21,891 nucleotides of DNA from Octopus sinensis (lineage: Eukaryota), in the NCBI RefSeq assembly GCF_006345805.1, contig NW_021823600.1, positions 1 to 21,891 on the forward strand. Direction: 5' to 3'. The position numbers and the translations under genes are program-made. Numbering within the stretch: the stretch's first letter is position 1; every line of letters starts with the position of its first letter. Below the pieces are notes generated by a model, which did no database searches, was not told where the DNA came from, and worked only from the letters and a program-made list of their open reading frames with translations. Of this stretch, positions 10,114-17,725 are shown piece by piece.

Positions 10114-10297
10114 TATCGAAAAATACCTTAGAAATGAAAACCCAGGTTCGAAATTTCCCCAAGACACCTGATGAAGGCTGGAGGGTATATCAGCCGAAAC
10201 GTTGTGTTAGCAACAAACAAGATGAGGACAAACATCCGTCAATTGTAAATAATGTAAATAATGTACATAATTCCTCATCTCTTAAATATTGAACTGT
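10114..10297 (+). mobile_element. Repeat F: Penelope-like pseudo-LTR or retrozyme-like unit containing a hammerhead ribozyme
   Basis: Contains the HHR at 10163-10208, and its 3' half is repeated at 8993-9085. Confidence 0.75.
10163..10208 (+). ncRNA. Minimal type I hammerhead ribozyme with intact core
   Basis: Stem I GACAC (10163-67) / GTGTT (10204-08). Core CTGATGA (10168-74), then one extra A. Stem II GGCTG / CAGCC with a 10-nt loop. GAAAC (10196-200). Loopless palindromic stem III AACGTT. Cleavage triplet GUU, predicted cut after 10203. Confidence 0.8.
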
Positions 10298-10329
10298 ATG
10301 TATATTTCTGTATATATGTATATATAAGC

Positions 10330-10790
10330 AGATGATAGTGATGATGATAATAAGAGAGAGGAGGAGGGGTGAAGGAGGATGGGTGTAGGAGGAGGAGAAC
10401 AATGACGACAATGACAACGATTTAAATGAAGCTGATGGCGGCGATGGCAGTTGTGGTAGTAGTGATGAGAACGATGATGGTGGTTGCGATGGCGCAGGAA
10501 GAAAGGACGGAAAGAGAACAGGGGAACGGAAGTGTAGAGTGGTATGGGGGGGGGGAAAGGACGAGAAGCTGAAGTGGCGGTGGTGGGGGGGTAGAGCAGA
10601 GGGTAGGTATACAGGAGTACAAAAGAGAGACGAGGAAAGAAGACGAAGACGACGACGACCACCACCACCGCCACCACAAAGTGCCGCAACGACGCTGACT
10701 ACAGCAAAGATGGTGGAGACGGAGGAGGAGGATGAAAAACAAAGAGAAAACAACGGAAGAATAAACGGAAACGAAAAGGAAAATATCCGA
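10330..10790. repeat. Purine-rich low-complexity tract (GAT/GGA/GAC/GGT/CAC units)
   Basis: Directly visible mosaic of short trinucleotide runs. Confidence 0.85.
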
Positions 10791-11014
10791 GCAATGTTGG
10801 AACAATGTTAAGAAGCGAACAAATTTAGCAGAACGATGTATGAAAAAGATGTTTCCAGCAAAAGACAACAGAGCGGAAGCAAAGGTATTTCACATTAACA
10901 ACCCATTTAACGCATTCACTGCTTACAACTGTGAACGTTCTCTTCTTGTCTTAAAGCGATGCCACTTTAGTATTTAGTTCTTCTTTTCCTTCCGCTAAGG
11001 TTTAATGAAACGGT

Positions 11015-11400
11015 GAAGAGGCGCAATGGCCCAGTGGTTAGGGCAGCGGACTCGCGTTCGTAGGATCGCGGTTTCGATTCCCAGACCGGGCGTTGTGAGT
11101 GTTTATTGAGCGAAAACACCTAAAGCTCCACGAGGCTCCGGCAGGGATGGTGGTGATCCCTGCTGTACTCTTTCACCACAACTTTCTTTCACTCTTACTT
11201 CCTGTTTCTGTTGTACCTGTATTTCAAAGGGCCGGCCTTGTCACTCTCTGTGTCACGCTGAATATCCCCGAGAACTACGTTAAGGGTACACGTGTCTGTG
11301 GAGTGCTCAGCCACTTACACGTTAATTTCACGAGTAGGCTGTTCCGTTGATCGGATCAACCGGAACCGTCGTCATCGTAACCGACGGAGTGCTTCCATCC
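11015..11400 (+). mobile_element. tRNA-derived SINE, family D, full length with 11-bp target-site duplication
   Basis: Box A TGGCCCAGTGG and box B GGTTTCGATTCC in an Arg-tRNA-like head. The TSD AATGAAACGGT is exact at 11004-11014 and 11401-11411. Confidence 0.93.
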
Positions 11401-11527
11401 AATGAAACGGTAGACGGGAGTAAATAAAGTGGTCGATCGGTTTGTTCAAAATACCAGCTACGTCTGCCTAGAATCATTGACAATCGCCAGAGTAAAGAAA
11501 ACATACACATCATGTATGTATATATTC

Positions 11528-11783
11528 ATTTACTTGTTTCAGTCATTTCACTGCAGCCATGCTGGAGCACCGCCTTTAGTTGAACAAATCGGGCCCAGGA
11601 CTTATTCTTTCTAAGCCAAGTACTTATTCTATCGGGCTCTTTCGCCGAACCGCTAGGTTACGGGGATGTAGACACGCCAACATCAGTTGTCAAGCGATGG
11701 TGGGGGGGGAGACAAACACAGACGCACAAACATATATACATATATATATATAACGGGCTTCGTTCAGTTTCCGTCTACCAAAT
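11528..11783 (-). mobile_element. Family A SINE, 5'-truncated
   Basis: Aligns with the 3' two-thirds of the other A copies (TACTTGTTTCAGTCATTT ... CAGTTTCCGTCTACCAAAT). Confidence 0.9.
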
Positions 11784-11835
11784 ACGCTCGCATCTCCATG
11801 CATGTACGTGCATCTCCAAACATTTTGATATACAT

Positions 11836-11910
11836 GTTAGTTAGTTAGTTAATTTTTTGGCTCAAAAAGCAAAAAGCAAGGCCATGTAGGGGGACATGGA
11901 GTTATGTACA
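11836..11910 (-). mobile_element. Short 3' end of a LINE (probably CR1-type) with stem-loop and (TAAC)n tail
   Basis: On the minus strand, hairpin CCATGT-CCCCCT-ACATGG (11882-11899) is followed by a (TAAC)n tail. TACATGT occurs on both sides (11831-37, 11907-13). The clade assignment is from recall only. Confidence 0.5.
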
Positions 11911-12121
11911 TGTATATGAACACATCAATATGCAAATACATATAAATATACACATATATAAAATTATACAACCATGCACGCCGACATGCAGCTTCACAAC
12001 CTTCTGTGAGTTCCAGATCCAACGTAAGGAAGGTTCCAAGTCAGCCATTTTTTATAGTCACCTCTACTCATTTTTAAAAATATATAATAATGTACCAAGA
12101 ACTTCCTTTTTCTTATTCTAT

Positions 12122-12123
<2 letters not shown>

Positions 12124-12160
<37 letters not shown>
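12124..12160. repeat. (TG)n microsatellite
   Basis: Directly visible. Confidence 0.95.
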
Positions 12161-12170
<10 letters not shown>

Positions 12171-12397
12171 TAAATTAGAGAAAAACCACTATTATGCAAT
12201 TCAAACAATGATAGACATAAACCAAATCATAGATATTAATCAATTAATCATTATAATCAAAATATATTTTTTTAAAACATATAACTAGATCAAAGAAATT
12301 ATAAGAATGAATAATCAATATATAATCAGTAAAAACACAACGTACATTTCATGGCTATAATTAAATTCGATAACATAACATTTAAAAAAACACATGT

Positions 12398-12483
12398 AAA
12401 ACCAACATATTGTTTCGACTTATATACAGTAGTGAATCTATAAAAAAATTCCTGTCTGTGTATACAAACCTCTTCTGGACTTT
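12398..12483 (-). ncRNA. Degenerate type I hammerhead ribozyme with long stem II
   Basis: Minus strand reads AAAGTC - CAGAAGA (U4 changed to A) - GGTTTGTATACA...TGTATATAAGTC - GAAAC - AATAT - GTT - GGTTTT. Confidence 0.65.
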
Positions 12484-12647
12484 GGCACAAAAAGCATACG
12501 AAATTCCATGTAAGGGCTGCCAAATTGCAAACATTGCAAAAATACTCATTCAAAAATACCTATGTTTAGAAGCGTGAGCGTTAATAATTCAAATACATAC
12601 TAAGTTCAATAAAAAGAACAATAAAATTCAATTGGATAAAATTTACA

Positions 12648-13038
12648 TGTGTGGTAAGTAGCTTGCTTACCAACCACATGGTTCCGGGTTCAGTCCTACT
12701 GCGTGGCACCTTGGGCAAGTGTCTTCTACTATAGCCTTAAGCCGACCAAAGCCTTTTGAGTGGATTTGGTAGACGGACACTGAAAGAAGTCCGTCGTATA
12801 TATGTATATGCATATGTATGTGTGTGTGTCCGTGTGTCTGTGTTTTTCCCCCTCAACATTGCTCGACAACCAACGCTGGTGTGCTTACGTCCCCGTAACT
12901 TGGCGGTTCGGCAAAAGAGTCCGATAGAATAAGTACTAGACTTCCAAAGAATAATTCCTGGGTCGATTTGCTCGACGAAAGGCGGTGCTCCAGTATGGCC
13001 GCAGTCAAATGACTGAAACAACTAAGTAAAAAAGAGTA
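12648..13038 (+). mobile_element. Family A SINE, lacking about 15 nt of the head, inserted in the Penelope pseudo-LTR
   Basis: TGTGTGGTAAGTAGCTTGCTTACCAACCACATGGTTCCGGGTTCAGTCC ... CAGTCAAATGACTGAAAC. The pseudo-LTR sequence resumes right after it. Confidence 0.92.
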
Positions 13039-13075
13039 ACGGTCATAAAATGTTCTTATGTATCTCCAATAATAT

Positions 13076-13121
13076 TATATATATATATATATAAATATTC
13101 ACAATCATACACATACGCATA

Positions 13122-13155
<34 letters not shown>

Positions 13156-13185
13156 CATACATACATACATACATACATACATACA

Positions 13186-13219
<34 letters not shown>

Positions 13220-13230
13220 CATCTATCTAT
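13076..13230. repeat. (AT)n/(CATA)n/(CTAT)n microsatellite
   Basis: Directly visible. Confidence 0.95.
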
Positions 13231-13419
13231 CTATCCGCTCAGTCGAAGTCGACTCTCGGTTACTCGTTGGATCAGTGTCCTCCAGTCAGTTCTATCCTGG
13301 GCCGCTTCTTTCAGATTGGCTATGTCCATTCCGGTATCACTCTTGATAGTGTCAAGCCAGCGGGTTCTTGGTCGGCCTCTTCCTCTCTTGCCACTGACCA
13401 TTCCGAGCATGATGTCCTT
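13231..13419 (-). mobile_element. RTE-clade (BovB-like) LINE, 3' terminal coding fragment
   Basis: KDIMLGMVSGKRGRGRPRTRWLDTIKSDTGMDIANLKEAAQDRTDWRTLIQRVTESRLRLSG* matches the RTE/BovB ORF C-terminus pattern (MLG..EG.R.RGR.R.RWLD...DR..WR..V..V..SR.RL). An (ATAG)n tail follows the stop. Confidence 0.9.
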
Positions 13420-13490
13420 CATACATACATACATACATACATACATACATACATACATACATGTACATACATATAGATACATACATGTAT
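13420..13490. repeat. (CATA)n microsatellite
   Basis: Directly visible. Confidence 0.95.
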
Positions 13491-13542
13491 CTATAATATC
13501 TTACGAACGCAGACAACTTGATGCGCCATTTATCCATGTATC

Positions 13543-14220
13543 TTAATAAAATTTTCTAAACACATATTTAGAATAGTGTGTACAAGATAGAACACGCTCA
13601 CATCTGTCATTAAGCTATTTCTTATCAGATGTTAAGATTTGATATAATTCATCCACACGGTTACATTTATCACAGCAATTTTATGCGATCTAACATGACT
13701 AAGTATTTGCCATTTAATGTTGTACAATTTCGTACTATCCTTTAATTTCCATATTAATTTACTCAAACTAATACTGTACAACTATTCCCTATTCCTAAAT
13801 GTATACTCATGGTTTGCAATTCGTTTTTTTTTAACAAAATTTTCAGTTGACTTAATGTAAAAATAACTTTTCCCTTCAGATTCAACCCTACATCTATATA
13901 CAAGATTATTTTGCATACAAAATTTATTGAAATAACAATTATCCTTAAATCTACAATCATAAGTTCTAGCGACTTCATTATCAATAATAGGATTATTATT
14001 TCTATTATTATAAAAACTGTCTAATTTTTTCTTATTATTAAATGACAAGATAATTCTAAATAAATTTTTAGATACTGAAAAATCTATTCTGATCTTTTTA
14101 TTTATGAATTAGCGATTAAGAAATTTTTTTATTGAATTTAGTGTCAGAATTAAAGATATCCTTATTTATTTATCTTTTTCCATGAGTAATTTTAAATAAA
14201 ATATATTTCCTACTCCACAA
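13543..14220 (-). pseudogene. Penelope-like retroelement 1: decayed ORF C-terminus with GIY-YIG endonuclease
   Basis: With stops and frameshifts, reads FINKKIRIDFSVSKNLFRIILSFNNKKKL ... DCRFKDNCYFNKFCMQNNLVYRCRVESEGKSYFYIKSTENFVKKKRIANHEYTFRNRE*LYSISLSKLIWKLKDSTKLYNIKWQIL ... CDKCNRVDELYQILTSDKK*LNDRCERVLSCTHYSKYVF. This follows the Penelope GIY-YIG pattern (C-x-C...C...C, VY...YIG, R...H, LSK.IW.LK, W.IL, LN.R.E...C.H). Confidence 0.85.
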
Positions 14221-14314
14221 TTTTTTTAATATATTACATATTATATAGGTATTGATATTATACTACAAAATGGCCAGTAGCCAGTGATTATTTTCGATTA
14301 AAATACTTTTAGAT

Positions 14315-14656
14315 TAATATTATTGGAGATCCATAAGAACATTTTATGACCATTGTAAATTTTCTTTACTTAATTATTTTATCCATTTGAATTTTGTTTT
14401 TCTTTCTGTTTTACTTATGTATTTGTATTGTTAACGCTAACGCTTCCAAACATAGGTATTTTTGAATGAGTATTTTTTTGCAATGTTTGCAATTTGGCAG
14501 TCCTTACATGGAATTTCGTATGATTTTTTTAATCAAAGCCCTGAAGAGGCTAGCATACATAGATAGGAATTTTTTTATAAATTCATTAGTGTATACAAGT
14601 CGAAACAAATTGATGGCTTTAAACGTGTTTTTCTTTTTAAATTTGTTATGTTATCT
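14315..14656 (+). mobile_element. Inverted 5' pseudo-LTR of Penelope-like element 1
   Basis: Inverted copy of 12369-12647 plus 13041-13077, roughly four-fifths identical by eye. It lies upstream of and antisense to the ORF remnant. Confidence 0.8.
14535..14620 (+). ncRNA. Type I hammerhead ribozyme with long stem II (cleavage-site U mutated)
   Basis: AAAGCC (14535-40) / GGCTTT (14615-20) stem I. CTGAAGA (14541-47). A 54-nt imperfect stem-loop II (14548-14601). GAAAC (14602-06), loop AAATT, then GAT instead of GTH. Confidence 0.7.
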
Positions 14657-14660
14657 TATA

Positions 14661-15023
14661 CTCTTTTACTCTTTTACTTGTTTCAGTCATTTGACTGCGG
14701 CCATGCTGCCGCACTGTCTGTAGCCGAGCAAATCAACCCCAGGACTTATTCTTTGGAAGTCTAGTACTTATTCTATCGGATTCTTTTGCCGAACCGCTAA
14801 GTTACAGAGACGTAAATACACCACCATCAGTTATCAAGTGATGTTGGGGAGACAAACACAGACACACAAACATATATACATATATACGAAGGGTTTCTTT
14901 CAGTTTCCGTCCACCAAACCCACTCACAAGGCTTTGGTCGGCCAAGGTGCCACGCAGTGGGAATGAACTCGGAACCATGTGGTTGGTAAGCAAGCTACTT
15001 TCCACACAGCCACTCCTGCGCCT
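14661..15023 (-). mobile_element. Family A SINE, full-length ends with an internal deletion
   Basis: (CTCTTTTA)2 tail and head CACTCCTGCGCC at 15011-15022. GGTCGGCCAAGGTGCC lacks the GCTATAGTAGAAGACACTTG segment present in other copies. Confidence 0.92.
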
Positions 15024-15324
15024 ATATTATATTTTTTATAGTATATTATATCATAATGTAAATAAATTTTTAGTTTGTCAAAGGTATCTTTCTATTTCAT
15101 TATATGCAACAGAAAGTAATTAGATAAAGAGAAAAATTTAAAGAAAGAAGAAAAAATGAGAGAAAGAGAAGGACGAATGAGATGCTTTCTCTGCAACAAG
15201 TATTTTATATATATATATATATTTATTATATATATATATTTATTGTTTCTTTTTCTTGTTTTGCTTCTTTTGTAGTGTTTGTCTGACGTGCTCATGTCAA
15301 TCAAAATAGGTCTTCCTGGAGAAA

Positions 15325-15518
15325 TTACCACCACCATCACCATCGCCATCACCACTTCTACTACTTGTAGCACCACCACCACCAACATCACCATCCCACC
15401 GATCACCACAACATTTACTACTACTACTACTACCACCAATCACTTCAGCGCCACTATTACTACTACTATTAAAACCACCACTACCACCACCACCATCATC
15501 TACCGGTGGTGGTGGTAG
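15325..15518. repeat. (CAC/TAC)n trinucleotide tract ending in a switch to (GGT)n
   Basis: Directly visible. Confidence 0.9.
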
Positions 15519-15617
15519 TCTGCATAACACGACTAACGATAACTTCCAATCTACGAACGACGACTTGCAGCTGACGCACGGTGTGTGGTCGTGACCATCA
15601 CGACTGTATATCTGTTA

Positions 15618-15903
15618 CTGATGATGATGATGACGACGACGACGACGACGACGGTGACGGCAGTGGTGGTAGTGATGGTGGTAGTTGTGGTGGTGATACC
15701 GGTGCTGCTAATGATGGTAACAATGGTGGTGATGGTGGAGGTAGTAATGATGATGATGATGATGATGAAAATGATGGCGATTTTGAAGATGATGATGATG
15801 GTGATGATGATGATGGTGATGATGGTGATGATGATGATGATGGTGATGATGGTGATAGTGGTGATGATGGTGATAATGGTGATAATAGTTGTGATGGTGG
15901 TGG

Positions 15904-15966
<63 letters not shown>

Positions 15967-16015
15967 CGACGACGACGATGGTGATGATGACGATGGTGAT
16001 AATCGTGGTGATGGT
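15618..16015. repeat. (GAT/GAC/GGT)n trinucleotide tract
   Basis: Directly visible. Confidence 0.95.
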
Positions 16016-16048
16016 ACATTTGTATATGTATATACAATGCGAAGGTGC

Positions 16049-16133
16049 AATGCGAAGAAGAAGTGTTTCGACGCAGAGAGAATTCTTGATCTACAAGAAT
16101 TCTCTCCAGGTCGAACAACTTCTTCTTCGTATT
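16049..16133. other. 85-nt near-perfect inverted repeat (hairpin)
   Basis: Inner arms GAGAGAATTCTTG (16076-88) / CAAGAATTCTCTC (16094-106) are perfect, with loop ATCTA. After a 3x3 internal loop, AATGCGAAGAAGAAGTGTTTCGAC pairs with GTCGAACAACTTCTTCTTCGTATT with only a 2-nt mismatch and one G-T pair. Confidence 0.9.
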
Positions 16134-16153
16134 CAGAAGTCATAGCTAAGTTA

Positions 16154-16558
16154 TTTATTTCTTTATTGCCCACAAGGGGCTAAACATAGAGGGGACAAAC
16201 AAGGACAGACAAAGGGATTATGTCGATTACATCGACCCCAGGGTGTAACTGGTACTTAATTTATCGACCTCGAAAGGATAAAAGGCAAAGTCGACCTCGG
16301 CGGAATTTGAACTCAGAACGTATCGGCAGACGAAATACCTATTTTCATTTCTTTACTACCCACTAGGGGCTAAAGATAGAGGGGACAAACAAGGACAGAC
16401 AAACGGATTAAGTCGATAATATCGACTCCAGTGCGTAACTGGTACTTATTTAATCGACCCCAAAAGGATGAAAGGCAAAGTCGGCCTCTGCGGAATTTGA
16501 ACTCAGAACGTAGCGGCAGACGAAATACCGCTAAGCTTATCGCCCGGCGTGCTAACTA
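16154..16558 (-). mobile_element. Family B SINE head-to-tail dimer with 10-bp target-site duplication
   Basis: Two units are joined at GAAATACC (16332-16339). AGCTAAGTTA is duplicated at 16144-16153 and 16559-16568. Confidence 0.92.
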
Positions 16559-16671
16559 AGCTAAGTTACTACAGACATGGAACTTAACGTGGGTTGTGAA
16601 ACTGCATGCTGGCGTGCATGGTTATATAATTTCATATACGTGTATATTTTTATATGTATGTGTATTTTCAT

Positions 16672-16960
16672 TTTCTTTCTTTTACTTGTTTCAGTCATTT
16701 GACTGCGGCCATGCTGGAGCACCGCCTTTAGTCGGGCAAATCGACCCCAGGACTTATTCTTTGGAAACCCAGTACTTATTGTATCGGTCTCTTTTGCCGA
16801 ACCGCTAAGTGACGGGGACGTAAACACCCAGCATCGGTTGTCAACAATGCTAGGGGAACAAACACAGACACACAAACAAACACATATATATATATACATA
16901 TATACGACAGGCTTCTTTCAGTTTCCGTCTACAAACATAGACACACAAAATATACACAGA

Positions 16961-17022
<62 letters not shown>

Positions 17023-17194
17023 CACATATATACGACGGGCTTCTTTCAGTTTCCGTCTACCAAATCCTCTCACAAGGCTTTGGTCACCTGAGGCTATAGT
17101 TGAAGACACTTGCCCAAGGTGCCACGCAATGGGACTGAACCCGGAGCCATGTGGTTCGTAAGCAAGCTACATACTACACAGTCATTCCTGCGCG
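16672..17194 (-). mobile_element. Family A SINE with internal tandem duplication and expanded (AT)n
   Basis: Complete head and tail. TATATACGAC(A/G)GGCTTCTTTCAGTTTCCGTCTAC occurs twice (about 16900 and 17027). Confidence 0.92.
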
Positions 17195-17257
17195 TATATT
17201 GATGCTTTCATGTACCTGTATATCAAAGTGTTTGGAGATGTCTGTATATGCATGGAT

Positions 17258-17487
17258 ATATATACCGGAGAGATTCTTCAAGCTCAGCCAAACGGCAGGA
17301 GACCTAGGAGTAAAGCAAAAACGGGATGGTTGGATAATTTCTACAGACTCAATTGGTCACTTTTGGGAATCCATCCGGAGAATCTAATGAAGGTTGATTC
17401 AGATGGGACCCATATAGAGAAGGTGCTTGAATACTCTACACCAACGACCCGCCCAGGAATACAGGGTGGAGAAGATGGGTGGATGAG
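17258..17487 (+). mobile_element. RTE-clade LINE 3' end, Expander/Rex3-like, degenerate
   Basis: EILQAQPNGRRPRSKAKTGWLDNFYRLNWSLLGIHPENLMKV ... PTTRPGI..GEDGWM resembles the Expander/Rex3-type C-terminus (P.GRRPRGRPRTRW.D....LAW..LG..PEEL..V ... PPRP) and its GAAGATGG(A)TGGATG tail. Confidence 0.7.
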
Positions 17488-17560
17488 TATATTTTTGTTC
17501 CATTGATATGAGTGCGTATACTCTGTATGTGTGCGTATGTGTACTATTGTGACAGCGCAA

Positions 17561-17725
17561 CAAGAAGTTTGCTTCCCAACAACACGGTTCCGGGTTCAAT
17601 CCCACTATGTGGAACTATTTGCGTCTTCTACTATGGCTCAGTGTCGACCAAAGCCTTGTTAGTTTGTTTACGTCCCTGTAACTTAGCATTTCGGCAAAAG
17701 AAGAGCGACAGGCTAAGCACCAGGC
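17561..17725 (+). mobile_element. Old family A SINE with a large internal deletion
   Basis: GGTTCCGGGTTCAATCCCACT ... GACCAAAGCCTTG joins directly to GTTTACGTCCCTGTAACTTAGC. Confidence 0.8.

Larger units (their letters stand above)
12369..13077 (-). mobile_element. 3' pseudo-LTR of Penelope-like element 1, split by a family A SINE (parts 12369-12647 and 13041-13077)
   Basis: Reverse complement of 14315-14656, e.g. CATACGAAATTCCATGTAAGG(G/A)CTGCCAAATTGCAAACATTGCAAAAA and GGTCATAAAATGTTCTTATG(T/G)ATCTCCAATAATATTA. It carries an HHR in the same sense as the GIY-YIG ORF remnant. Confidence 0.8.

Noticed and set aside
9887-10171. Poly-Asn ORF
   Set aside because: Translation of (AAC/AAT)n between two repeat elements.
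11021-11092. tRNA gene-like sequence (also the heads of families A, B and C)
   Set aside because: Box A and box B are present but there is no acceptor-stem closure, and each head continues into a SINE body. These are SINE heads, not tRNA genes.
15581-16183. 200-aa Asp/Gly-rich ORF and the overlapping poly-Met, poly-His and poly-Ser ORFs
   Set aside because: Same trinucleotide artefact. The C-terminal part runs through the hairpin and into a SINE tail.
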